A stretch of 64,000 nt of DNA, taken from positions 18,972,001 through 19,036,000 of the forward strand of contig NW_024704754.1 of the NCBI RefSeq assembly GCF_018977255.1, in the 5' to 3' direction. The DNA comes from Callorhinchus milii (Eukaryota). The position numbers and the translations under genes are program-made. Below the pieces are notes generated by a model. That model worked only from the letters and a program-made list of their open reading frames with translations. It did not search any database and was not told the origin of the DNA. Shown in pieces: positions 34,980 through 47,270 of the stretch (position 1 is the first letter of the stretch; each line of letters begins with the position of its first letter).

Positions 34980-35335
34980 ATTATAATAATAATAATCTTT
35001 GCATTTGATATGGAGACTTATCACGTCTTGAAGTCGTCTCAAAGCTCTTCACAGGATATGCTGTCAAGTGAATTGACTGTATATTTTGTGGGCAAAACTG
35101 TCCCACAAATAGTTGTGGATTGAGTGATCAAATTATTATTATTTTTTTTGAAGGGATTATTACTCCCAGAAAGTGATCCATCAGTAGGACTAAAATGTGG
35201 GTTCCTACTCACTGCTCGGTAAACGGAAGTGTGTGGAGTAAGGAAACTTGTCCAACATTTCGCCCTGTCCGGGAATCGAACCTGGGTCCTCTCGCTTGCA
35301 AGGCAAGTGCTCTAACAACTGAGCTATAGGGCTGC
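34980..35335 (-). mobile_element. Full-length SINE in the ARSI intron
   Basis: Reverse-complement head, body and tail. Confidence 0.88.
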
Positions 35336-36939
35336 ACAAGCTTTATACAGAGTTAGGATCCGCGGGAGAGAAATGTGCACCAAAGAGGACGTTGTTGATA
35401 GCCATACAAATGTAATTTTGTTGATGTTGCTGTAACCTGCAAAGTTTTGTTGGCTTTGAGTTTCTAAAGCCTGAGAGCTGAGTGTTGGCTGCTCGGTGTG
35501 CACCTGGGAGTTGGCTCTCGTTCTGAAGCAGCAGCTAACCTTGTCCCCACACGCTCTCTGGCCTCTTGCTCGGGCTTCTCCTGGTTCTGTGCAGATGTGA
35601 CTTTGAGGCACCGACAGAGGAGACATCTCTGTGATATTCAGTCAGAAGCAGCAGATAAACAAGTGCTGTTTGGAGCATTGCCTTCTTTCCCTTTGTGTTT
35701 ACAGCACAGAAGGAGGCCATTCAGCGTATTGTGACTGTGATGGTGCTCAGCAGGAATGGGAACAGTGGACAGTGTTTGCTGCTGGGAGGTTCAGAGCCAG
35801 TAGAGACAGTTCTTCTACTGTCAGTGAGTTTCTCAGCCTCAGTGACACCCGTTTACAACAATAACCTGCATTGTTCAGCGCCCCTCACGCAGGGCAGCGT
35901 CCCTGGGCGCTCAAGAGTGGCAGAGCACGATGCCTAGCCAGGAGGAGGGAGGTGACTGTTGGCACATCAAAGAGGACAGTCTTCAGACGTGACCTGAAGA
36001 TGGGGAAGGAGGGGCGAAGCGGAGGGAGGGATAGAGAGAGAGTGTTCCAGAGTTCGGGGCGTAATGGCTGAAAGCGCAGTTTTATTGGATTTCTGGTTTA
36101 TTAAAAGTTTGCCTGAAACGTTCCACATTCTTCAAATCAACTTTGATTCAGTGGTGTGTGACTGGACCACTTCAGTGGGGAACAAGGGGCGCTTTTTTCT
36201 AGGAGGTGAAAACCCAGTAAATAAAAAGGCCTCGTATTATTTCGACAGGACACTTGTTATGCTGTGCATCGTATTTCAATGCAAAGGTTCCCTGATAGTG
36301 AGTGAAGAGCCCAGGTCTGTGTCTCTGACTCGTGTCCACTGGGAGCTAATCTGAGAGGAGTTTACAGTGATCAGAGACGCGTCTCTCACACCCAGGGCTC
36401 GGTCCAGCACAGATCCCACGTGGTAATTGGAGCTGAATAGAATGACTGCTAATAATGGCTGTTCAGTAGGCAGTGGAGCTGTCAGGGAGGCAGTGAATGT
36501 GTTTGCCTGCCTGGGGCTTGTCACCACTGGGAGGAAATCAGCACTGATCACTTTTGAGGCTGCTTCACATTAACAGGGTCCCCCGCCCCATCAGCACCGA
36601 GGTTGTGATTGGTAATTGCCAACGTTTTGTGAATGTAAAACACGGTGAATGTCTCCAGGCCAAAGGGACAGCTGGAGTTTTTCCACTGGAAATGTTCCGA
36701 CTGAGGTTTAGTTTGTCCGCTGGGCTCCATGGATTTTTATTTCTTGTGATTATACTCTGGTCCCGTTTGTAAAGAATTTTGATCAGATATCCTAGAGGAT
36801 GTTGTTTATTCACCTCATTGCCTGGATTCCTGAGAGCCGGATCTATTGTGTTACGTGGGACCTGCTGACACAGGCTACCTTCCCCTCCACAGCCAGTCCC
36901 AACTGCAGTGGAGACCTGTAGCTTAGTGTTTAAAGCCAT

Positions 36940-37262
36940 CGCCTCGCAAGCGAGAGGACCCTGGGCAGGGTGAAAGGTTAGGCAGGTTTCCTTAATCCAT
37001 GCACACGTCTCTGTTTACCCAGCAGTAAGTAGGAACCTGGTTGTTAGTTGATTGGCAGATCGCTTTCTGGGGGTAATAATCCCTCAGAAAAAGTCACTCA
37101 ATCCATGACTGTTTGTGGGACGCTGCTGTACGCAATTGGCTGCTGTGTTTCGCCCACAAAATACACAGTCAATTCACTTTACAGTATATTCTGCGAAGCG
37201 TCTTGAGACGTCTCAAAGACGTGATAAGGTGCTGTATCAAATGCAAGGATTATTATTATTAT
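36940..37262 (+). mobile_element. SINE in the ARSI intron, ~160 nt upstream of exon 2
   Basis: Partial head, body and (ATT)n tail. Confidence 0.88.
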
Positions 37263-37423
37263 ACAGGTTTATGGGAAGAACTTTCCTCTGTCTATTCGTT
37301 CAACAAATCATTGCCTCTGGTTAGGAAAGCCCAGGGCTTTGCTTTGCTGCAGTATACATAAGGCACGGTAATGACTTACTCTCTTCCTGTTCTGCTAACA
37401 GTATTGTCTGGGTGTTTTCCCAG

Positions 37424-38818
37424 GTACCAGATCCACACTGGTCTCCAACACTCCATCATCAGACCCAGACAACCCAACTGCCTGCCGCTGGATCAAGTCA
37501 CTCTTCCACAGAAGCTCCAGGAAGCGGGCTACTCCACCCACATGGTGGGCAAGTGGCATCTGGGCTTCTACAAGAAGGATTGTCTGCCCACCAGACGAGG
37601 CTTTGACACCTTCTTCGGGACGCTGACAGGCAGCACCGACTACTACACGTACGACAACTGTGACGGGCCGGGAGTGTGCGGCTTCGACCTGCACGATGGT
37701 GAGAACGTGGCCTGGGAGCACAGCGGGAAGTACTCGACCTCCTTTATGCCCAGCGCGTCAGCAAGCTCCTGGCCTCTCACAACCCCAGGGACCCCCTGTT
37801 TATCTACCTAGCCTTCCAAGCAGTGCACACTCCCCTGCAGTCCCCAAAGGAATATATCTACCAGTACAGGTCCCTCGGCAACGTAGCTCGCAGGAAGTAC
37901 GCGGCTATGGTGACCTGCATGGACGAAGCCATCAAGAACATCACTTTGGCGCTCAAGAAATACGGGTATTACAAGAACAGCATCATCATCTTCTCCACCG
38001 ACAACGGAGGCCAGCCTTTCTCTGGGGGCAGTAACTGGCCTCTCCGAGGGCGGAAAGGCACCTATTGGGAAGGTGGGATACGAGGGATCGGCTTCGTCCA
38101 CAGCCCCCTGATTAAGAAGAAGCGAAGAGTGAGTAAATCCCTCATTCACATCACCGACTGGTACCCCACCCTGGTCTCGCTCGCCCAAGGCAACCTCACT
38201 GTGTCACCACCGCTGGACGGTTACGATCTGTGGTCGACAATCAGTGAGGGCAAGAGATCGCCACGAACCGAGATCCTCCACAACATCGACCCCCTGTACA
38301 GTCAGGCCAAGTACGGTTCCTGGGAGGAAGGCTTTGACATCTGGAACACGGCCGTCCAGGCCTCGATCAGAGTGGGAGACTGGAAACTCATGACCGGAGA
38401 CCCAGGCTACAGCGACTGGATCCCACCACAGATGTTGCCCAACTTCCCCGGCAGCTGGTGGAACCTGGAGAGGCTGAGAAGCAGCGTTAAGAAGTCAGTC
38501 TGGCTGTTCAACGTGACCGGAGACCCGTATGAGCGCTTTGACCTGTCCGACTCCCGGCCTGATGTGGTCAAGCGGCTTCTGGCCAGACTGGCCCATTACG
38601 ACGAGACCTCCATCCCCGTCCGCTACCCGCCCGAGGACCCCCGAGCTAACCCTGAGCTGCACGGGGGGGCCTGGGGGCCGTGGGCCAGCGAGGAGGAGGC
38701 CGAGGTGGAGCAGAAGAGCGTGGCCAAGAGCAAGAAGAAGAAAAAAGGCTGTAAAATCTGTAAACTGAGGTCCTTCTTTAAGAAACTGAACACGAGAATC
38801 ATGTCAAACAGGATCTGA
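37424..38818 (+). CDS. ARSI: Arylsulfatase I exon 2 (apparent 1-nt deletion at ~37740)
   Basis: ttcccag|g [36 protein letters not shown]... The frame shifts after KYST, then continues [35 protein letters not shown]...[22 protein letters not shown]. Restoring one base gives 567 aa. Confidence 0.93.
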
Positions 38819-39166
38819 GCTTTGCTGAGCCTGAGGTTGAGGAAAAGATCTTCAAATGTGAAGACTTGGGCTCCGATTTGGGGTAATGTATCGGCAAACT
38901 GGATCCCTTTGTATTCATTGGGAAATTCACAGTGAAATTCCTTCCCGACCTGTTTATTTTTCTCTGGCCCTTTTACTGACGGGATTTTTCCACAAATCGA
39001 CATTCCAATTCATTCAGCATGATCCGGTTTACAACCATTATACGTTTAAGGATAAATCACAGTGGACACGAGTGAGAGAGAGAGCGAGAGCGGTGTGAGA
39101 CTGTGGGGGACTGGTTTGGAGATAAACATCAGATTTGATGGTTCAAACGAGCTGTTTCTGTGGGTA

Positions 39167-39172
39167 AATAAA
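39167..39172 (+). terminator. Candidate ARSI polyadenylation signal
   Basis: First AATAAA I noticed after the stop codon (~350 nt downstream). Confidence 0.5.
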
Positions 39173-39854
39173 TGTGATTCCATTGATTCTTTCACTTAAG
39201 TGCAGGTTTGTACAGGGAAGCCATCCCAGGAGTAGAGGAACTGCCTACTTCATTGCACAAATCACTGCTTATTTGATAACTGTAAAAGGTTTGAAATAAT
39301 TTAGTTTCCTGGCCTAGCCACTTGGGGTTTTCTTATGTCCTAGTCTGCTTTCCAGCAGCGTCTCAACCGAAAGGATTCAAAATGAGAGAAGGTAAGATGT
39401 TACCATCTGTGTGTGCTCAGCTCTCTTTGGCAACACTGACGTTATTTAAAGGGGAATGATAGGAAGGGAGAGTAGAGGTGTCATCTTTATCGTATCTACC
39501 TTTTATTCTCAGAAGCAGTTTAATAAGAAAGTGCACAGTGATGTGGCCCATGGGCAAGACAGATAATTATACAGGACAAATGGATGGACTGCGGATAGGA
39601 GTATCTCAGCCACAAGGAGACGGTTTTCCTTGACCTGAAAGTGATCATTGAGGGGGTAGTTCAATGGGAAGCAGTTTTACATTGTGTTTCCACTTTCTCT
39701 CCTGATTGGTGGCAGTCACTGTGGTGAAACCTCAGCTCGCTATCAAGAGGGAAGTGTAAATCAGAAAGTCATGTCATCTGGAGCATCCACTCATCTGGTT
39801 TAGTCTTGTCAATCAAAGCCTCGGCCGGGATTGAACTGGGACTTATTCCAACAT

Positions 39855-40155
39855 GGAGTCCTGTAGCTCAGTGGTTAGAGCACTCGCTTCGCAAGTGAGA
39901 GACCTGGGTTTGATTCCCGGCAAGGCGAAACCTTGGGCAAGTTTCCTTACTCCACACACACCCTGATAATAATCGCTGAAGGACAAAAAACAACAATAAA
40001 TTGGTCACTTCGATCCACGATTGTTTGTGGGACACTGCTGTGCCAGGTTTTATCCATAAATATACAGTCAATTCACTTTACAGTATATTCTGTGAAGCGC
40101 TTTGAGACGTCTAGAAGACATGAAAAGCACTATATCACACTCAAGGATTATTATT
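39855..40155 (+). mobile_element. SINE copy with intact head
   Basis: ggagtcctgtagctcagtggttagagcactcgc... Confidence 0.88.
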
Positions 40156-41117
40156 CTGGGCTATGTGACTGATGCTGGGTTTCCAAACAGTTCACTGGTC
40201 TAAGTTTGGGAGAACTGCAGTCTTGAGCGAGCAGATTTTTCGTTTTTTTTATTAACGTCTGATTTTTAAATTTTTCTACACACACAATTAGTAGCTGTGC
40301 ATCTGATAGCCGGCGCCACAGGACAGTGGGCTGACAATGGGGGAATGGTGCTCCCAGCTCACTGGCTTTGACTTGTCTGAGAGTGAGGGATAGGGAGGAG
40401 TGAAGCCCGATTCCTCCAGTCAACAGCAGTGTGTTTGTTTGGCAGTGGCTGGTCTGTGAGCTTCCGTTACACTGTGAGGTGTGACTGCACCAACCAGTCC
40501 ATTGGTGGAGTCAGTGATAAGGAGACCCCCCCCCCCCCCCCCACTGCCCATCACCTGGTTGTGTTCAACTTGAAATAGCAAAATAAACCCCAACATTTAT
40601 TTAACTCTTACACACTTTCTGGAGAAAATGTTTTTCTTATGTGTCACATTCCTATGTTGGTAAAACTGTCTATGTGTCAGTGATTCAAGAGCTTAAATAT
40701 AAGATAATTATCCAAAAAACAGAGAGTGCGGAGAATTTTAAGTGAAAGCCACTCTATAACGCTGTACTGCAGAGATCAGCTAACAACACAAACCGCAGCC
40801 TGAACACAGGACCTTCCTGGGCAAGGCTGATCAGCTCAGTCTCACACTAGGTAATACATTCACCAACTTGAGTCAACCAGGGAACCTCAGTGCTGGACAA
40901 GCTAAAAATAAAACACTCTCTCTCACACCACTAGCCAGGGTTACGAGGGATTCAGGCGACAGATGAGATCTGAATTATTGAAACCTATGGCAGAAATGTG
41001 TTGGTGCTAATATTGGGCCACGGTTTCTCTCTTATTGACTATTTATTTCACCAAAATGTCTGGCAGTGCATCAGCTCTTATACTGGAAACATTTGGGTGA
41101 TATTGTGTTCATCACAG

Positions 41118-41445
41118 TAAAGTTCCCTCTGCACTGTCCATCCACACTCCCAGGTCAGGGTTAGAGACACAGTAACGCTCCCTCTACACTGTGTGTCCAC
41201 ACTCCCAGGTCAGGGTTAGAGACACATTAACGCTCCCTCTACACTGTGTGTCCACACTCCCAGGTCAGGGTTACAGACACAGTAAAGCTCCTCTACACTG
41301 TGTGTCCACACTCCTGGGTCAGGGTTAGAGACACAGTAACGCTCCCTCTACACTGTGTGTCCACACTCCCAGGTCAGGGTTACAGACACAGTAAAGCTCC
41401 TCTACACTGTGTGTCCACACTGCCAGGTCAGGGTTAGAGACGCAG
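41118..41445 (-). repeat. Minisatellite of the same family as 29214-29566, inverted
   Basis: About 6 copies of cacactgtgtgtccacactcccaggtcagggttagagacacagtaacgctcc(c)tcta. Confidence 0.93.
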
Positions 41446-42419
41446 GAAACATAGTAATGCTCATTCTACAATGAGTGCTCCGTTTAAGTAAGAAAAAACA
41501 TTGAACACTAAGCTCCCACAGAACTGTTGCATTGTAAACAATTAGGAGGAGTAATTAGATGAAGCTTGCGAGTTGCTGCTTACTTACAAGCTTAATTAAT
41601 TCACAACAAACAGTGAGGAGCAGCCATGCATTACCAGGTACAACCCTCCCTTCTGGCAGCTCACGGACTCTGTTCTACAAGGTGGTTTGGGACGATGGAT
41701 GAAAGTGACAGACATGTTGCTTGTTCTGCGGCTCAGCCTTTGCTGTGTGTTAAGATGTTGTATAGATTGATGAATAGGTTTGAAATAAAGATAATTTTAA
41801 CAAAGCCTCTCTGGGCACAGGAACATACAGGAGGGCACAGATAGATTACATCGCCAGCTGACAGTCACAGCTAGGGGACGGGAAAAGGGATCTCGTTCCT
41901 GAATGAAGGAGAATATTGGAAAAAGAAAATGGGCAACATCTTCCTCCTCAGTCACTGCGATATAGTTACAATATCACAGTCACAATCCTCAGTGAAAGCT
42001 ACACCAATATTTGCTCTTCTATCTCAGAGCACACACATACGCACAAACACAACCCCTGGCAACACACAGACAGACACACAGCTCGTTGTGTGCTGTGCAA
42101 CTGCCTTGCTCTCATCTCCAAAATTCATCCAATTTACCAGCCAATTAGCACAACTTTCTCTGAATCTTAAAAGGCTTCTGATGTTTCTTGTCAGTGTCTT
42201 GTGCGATGTCCAACTACAGCTGTTGACAAAGCCCCTGAACACCCTGATAAACACCAGCGCTTTGGGACATCCTCCCGACGTGAAAAGCGCTCTATAATTG
42301 TAATTTTGTTGTTCGTTGTTGTTGTAAAGGCTGGAATCCATGGTGCTGCTGTAAATGTAACACAAGGTCAGCATGTCTCTGCTACCCCTTTCTCTTGGTA
42401 TCTGGCTCTAGATGTTCCT

Positions 42420-42795
42420 TATAATAATTCTTGCATTTAATATAGTGCATTATCATGTCGTTAAAACCTCTCAAGGTGCTTCACAGGATACTCTGTAAGG
42501 TGAATTGACTGTATATTTTGTGTGTGAAATACAGCAGCCAATTGTGCACAGCAGCGTCCCACAAACAGTCATGGACTGAGTGACCAAATTACAGTATTAT
42601 TTTTTTATTGAAGGGATTATTACCCTGGAAAGTGATCTGCTAATCGACTAACAGTTGGGTTCATACTCACTGGTAGGCAAACAGGGGCGTGTGGAGTAAG
42701 GAAACTTGCCTAAAATTTTGCCCAGCCTGGGAATCAAACCCGGGTCCTCTCGCTTGCGAGGCAAATGCTCTAACCACTACGAGACAGGACTCCAC
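42420..42795 (-). mobile_element. Full-length SINE
   Basis: Reverse-complement head, body and tail. Confidence 0.88.
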
Positions 42796-43264
42796 TGTGA
42801 CCCATCAAACATCGTAATGCAATTAAGGCCATTTTTACGGAGACCCTGGCTGATTTGGAAATCTCATGATTTTTAGAATGGGAAGATTCCCTTTAAGGCA
42901 GATTATTACTATTGAATTTGTGATGCTCAATGAAAGTGAGTCACCTAATAATGAAGAAAGAACACCACTGAGCGTAAAGTGCAGGATGTGGGGCTGTTTC
43001 TGCTGAGAAAACAATGAGAAAAGAACAAGGTGAAATTCCCATTAATATCCACAGCCTTCTCCCTGCTCCAGAGCCAGAGTGCTTGTGGGTGTGATGTGTC
43101 ACTGATGGTTATAATTCACTCACATATTGTGCCTCCGTCACACTTCAGATGCTAATCCCTTGTGGGAAGGCACTACATCACCAGCTGTTTATTGCTTATT
43201 GCTTCCTCAACCAGGGAATAAAGGAAAATCTTCACTTAAACCATAACCAGAAAAGTTTGAGAGA

Positions 43265-43540
43265 GTAGTAGCTTTCAAAAGTGAATTGGATATGTACTTG
43301 AAAAGGAAAACATTGCAGGGCTTTGGTTCAAGAGTGGGGGAGTGGGACTAGTTGGGGTAAGAGTGGGGGAGTGGGACTAGTTGGGGTAAGAGTGGGGGAG
43401 TGGGACTAGTTGGGGTAAGAGCGGGGGAGTGGGACTAGTTGGGGTAAGAGTGGGGGAGTGGGACTACTTGGTAGCTGTTTTAAAGAGCTGGCACGATGGA
43501 TCGAATGGCCTCCTATGCTGTGAGATTCTATGATTCTAAA
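43265..43540 (+). mobile_element. CR1 3' end containing a 29-bp tandem expansion
   Basis: About 5 copies of aagagtgggggagtgggactagttggggt within a CR1 tail ending gatggatcgaatggcctcctatgctg. Confidence 0.8.
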
Positions 43541-46500
43541 AACAGCATCAGGAGCACAACATGCCTGTTAGTGACCAGATCAGTGTGACTGAGACCTCGG
43601 GCAGTTGAGAGGTACAGATTGGTACAGTACAGTACTCAGCCATTGCTCCAGCCTTTAGCTCCCTGTGTTGTTCTCCTCTTTAGGTGCCAGGGTAGAGTTC
43701 CCTCTGATAACTCAGGCAAGCACTCACCAGATGTTAAGTTCACATGTCCTGCCAGATGTAAGACACCGTGTGTGGCAAAGGGAAGGGAGAGAGTCAGTTA
43801 GGAGCTGAAACTCAGCTTGATTTACCTCCTTTTCTAGCCCAGGGTCAACTGTAACCTTTTTCTGCCTCCCCAACTAAAACACCAAGCGCCCTACACATCA
43901 GGAATGGAATAGAACTTTCCTAATTCGAGCTACTCAAACACATGGTTTTCTGGTCAGCCGGGTGTCTGACACACACGGACCCATCACCTGCTTAAGAGTC
44001 ACCAAATCCAAGCTGAGATTTCCAGGCCTCCCACCTACCCCTGGAGTCTAACCAGCTTGCCATTGAGAAAGCTGTGTCGCAAGCTTTGTCATGCTGGGCA
44101 GTGACTACCAATCAGCTGAGATTTGTTTTTATATCAGTTAAAATGAAGAGATTATTATTTGCGTAAAAATATTCAGAAACTCTGTGTGTTTAATGTCCTG
44201 TATATATCCTTGTATTAGCTTTGTAAATCACACCCGCTTCACAGTGCTGAAGCCTCAGGAAATTTGCATATAATGATCACAGTCATCTGAAAACTGGCAA
44301 GAGAGCGCTCTGGCAACTCCTGCAGAAATCTGTGTGGTTATGTAATGAAAGAGCACTTCATTCTACTTCACGAGTATTTGCTCATAAAATTATCTCTCTC
44401 CTCTAATCCCATTCCCTGCTCTCTCTCTCTCCCCCCCCCCCCCCCCATCGTGCCTGTGCTGGTGCTCGCTCCCCCCACTGGAGCTCTCTACTTTAACCCC
44501 ATTCCATGCTCTCTCCCTGCACCATTTATATTGTTTCTCTGCCATCGCTTATCCAATTCCTTTTCAAATGCTTTTACAATTTCAGATTCAACAGTTGGGT
44601 GATGATCTTGTCAGTGAAACGCTGTGATGCAGGATTTATTAAAACCCAGGAAACACAGCTCCAGCTTCAGATAGAAAAATAGCCTTGTTTATAGATTAAT
44701 ATTTCAGTCAGTATCACACTGCGTGTTGGGGAGCTCTGTGACTGAGTGACCGAGCGAGCGAGCGAGTGAGTGAGTGAGTGAGTGAGAGGCCACTGTGTGT
44801 GACGGTGGTTAGCCAGACCTGGCCTGACTGGCTGCCTCAGGATTAGTTTTTTTNCTCAACTTATGTTTGATGTTCAGAAAATTCTGGAAAGAATAACTGT
44901 GAAGAACGACCTAGTTACGAGCAGTGAATGGTACTGTTGCTATGGTTCCTCTCCGGTGAGAAACGCAATGGGCCTCACACGGTGGAGGGCAGCCGAGAAT
45001 TCCTGAAAAAAACCTGAGCGCAAACCACGCCCTGGGGGGGAATCTGGGGGCATGGGGGGCACTGGGCGTCATCCCAGGTCATGCCAAGGGGCTGGGGGTG
45101 GTGGGGCAGGGTGGGGCGAGGTGGGGTAGTGGGCATGGCGGGCGGGGGCAGTCTGATCTCCTCAGAACAGCTCGGAGGTAGAGCCGTCGTCCAACCACAT
45201 CGCAGCAGATCCAACCTGACTTTGCTTCAATTCCACCGCGGGTTAGGACGCTGGCAGGTGATGTAACAGTGAAAATATGTTGTTACTTTTCTTTTTTTCT
45301 CTCCCATATGTTGGGGTTCGGGGAGGCTGTTTACTGACCGTACCCCAGAGACTGGGAGAGAGGGAGGGAGTCAGTGAGTGAGGCAAAGCACACGATGGAT
45401 AGGGTTTATGTTGACCGTAGAAGGAAGGGTATGTTTGGCCAATAGCTCTTAGTCCACACTTCCTTCTCATGGAACTTTCTAATGTAATGGTGCTGACAGC
45501 GAGGGAGACAGGCACAGCTTCGCTGTGTAGGAGACTGCAGCTGAGCATCAGGGAATCACTCGGGAATAACGATTATTTTCCAAAATGCACATGGCCGGGA
45601 TTGCTGCTGTGTGACCTTTGGCTGTGCGGAGCACACAGCAAATGAGCGAGATGATGGATCACAAGCCCAGCATAGAAACTGCAGGGACACCTGCTGTGCG
45701 CAATTGGCTGCCGTGTTGTGCCCAAAGAATACACAGTCAGTTCACTTTACGGTGTATCCTGTGAAGCACTTTGAGGCGTCTCAATGAGGTGATATACGAC
45801 GCTGTGTCAAACGCAAGTATTATTATCATTATTATAAACTGAGCAAGAGGAGACCTCACACCAGGTAAAGGCCGGCAGCTCCACAGTAATCCAAGGCAAG
45901 TGTGTACGTGCAGAAATGCCCTCAAACCAGTACGCCAGTGATTCAACAGACTGTGAGTTGGGGTAACTGCTGGAGTCTAACCAGTTAAAAACCACACAGC
46001 TTACCATTCCTGGATTTCAGGAACATTAGGTCCAGGTCCAGTGTACGAGTTTAAAGGAGTTTCACAAAGCCAAACCCCATTAGATCTCAGCCAATATGAC
46101 TCAAGGCTTTGTCTGCTTGTCCAAGGCAGTTGTCACACGTTTCCTGTTTGACTATTCATTCAGACGGTATTTGGCCCTGGCAGCGATGTGTCATTTACAA
46201 ACCCAGATGTTGATTTATTTTAAATTAAGAGCAGTCTGACCTGATGAAGCTTTGCAGCCCAGCTAATTCTCCTCAGTGCAGTAAATCAAACACTCTCTTC
46301 ATGTTCATGTTAATGTTAATGTGACGTGATGCTCTTTACTTAGTCTCCATTATACAGTCTATTATTCCTCTGCCTTTCTGTTAGACTGTCAATTCCATTT
46401 CAACCGATTCTTGATAAGGGAATATTTCTGACAAATAAACTTAAGCTGTTTGTGGGCAAGTCTGTTTGTTCTCGTCTGGACTCATTGTGCTTTCCGATAA

Positions 46501-46704
46501 ACACCTCCCATCTCGCCATCTGATGAATATTTTTTCATTTTGTAATAGGAAAGTTGCATCACACATTCATTACATAAGTGTTATTCGGTGGCAAATAAGG
46601 AAAGTGGGTGTCTTAACGTTTCACATATTACAAACAGGAATACCAGTGGGAAGGAAGCCCTGTCTCTCTCCCGATGAAACAATGATTCAATGAAACAAGT
46701 CCAA

Positions 46705-47270
46705 ACTGTAGTGGTTAGAGCACTCACCTCGCGAGCAAGAAGACCTGGGTTCAATTCTCAGATAGGGTGAAACATTAGGTAAGTTTCCTTACTCCACACA
46801 CCTCTGTTTACTCAGCAGTAAGTAGGAACCCAGTTGTTAATTGATTGACAGATTGCTTTCCGGGTGTAATAATTCCTTAAAAAAAAATGTGGTCGCTCAA
46901 TCCACGACTGTTTGTGGGACGCTGCTGTGTGCAATTGGCTGCCGCGTTTCGCCCACAAATATACAGTCAATTCACTTTACAGTATATTCTGTGAAGTGCT
47001 TTGATACGTCTCAACAACGTGATAAGGCGTTATTTGGAACAATTCTCAACACAATGCCCAGTGGGCACCACTCAATTGCCCAGAATTCTGAGACAAAAGT
47101 TGAAGAGGAAGATTATGAAGAGGAAGGGAAAAGAGGAAGGTCCTGGGGTTGGAGCAGTGAGCTCCTTTGGGAAGTTAACACTGGTTTAGGCTGGATCAGT
47201 TTAATGCTATGGTTTTTTATTATTCTAATCAGATACAAATTGGCTATATCAAATGCAAGGATTCTTATTA
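46705..47270 (+). mobile_element. SINE with a ~210-bp insertion in its tail
   Basis: The tail is split between gtgataaggcg (~47030) and ctatatcaaatgcaaggatt (~47244). Confidence 0.7.

Noticed and set aside
35594-35640. Possible poison exon in the ARSI intron
   Set aside because: An acceptor-like sequence is present, but I see no convincing donor.
37371-37811. Separate 146-aa and 331-aa sulfatase ORFs read as two genes
   Set aside because: They are two frames of one ARSI exon separated by a 1-nt indel.
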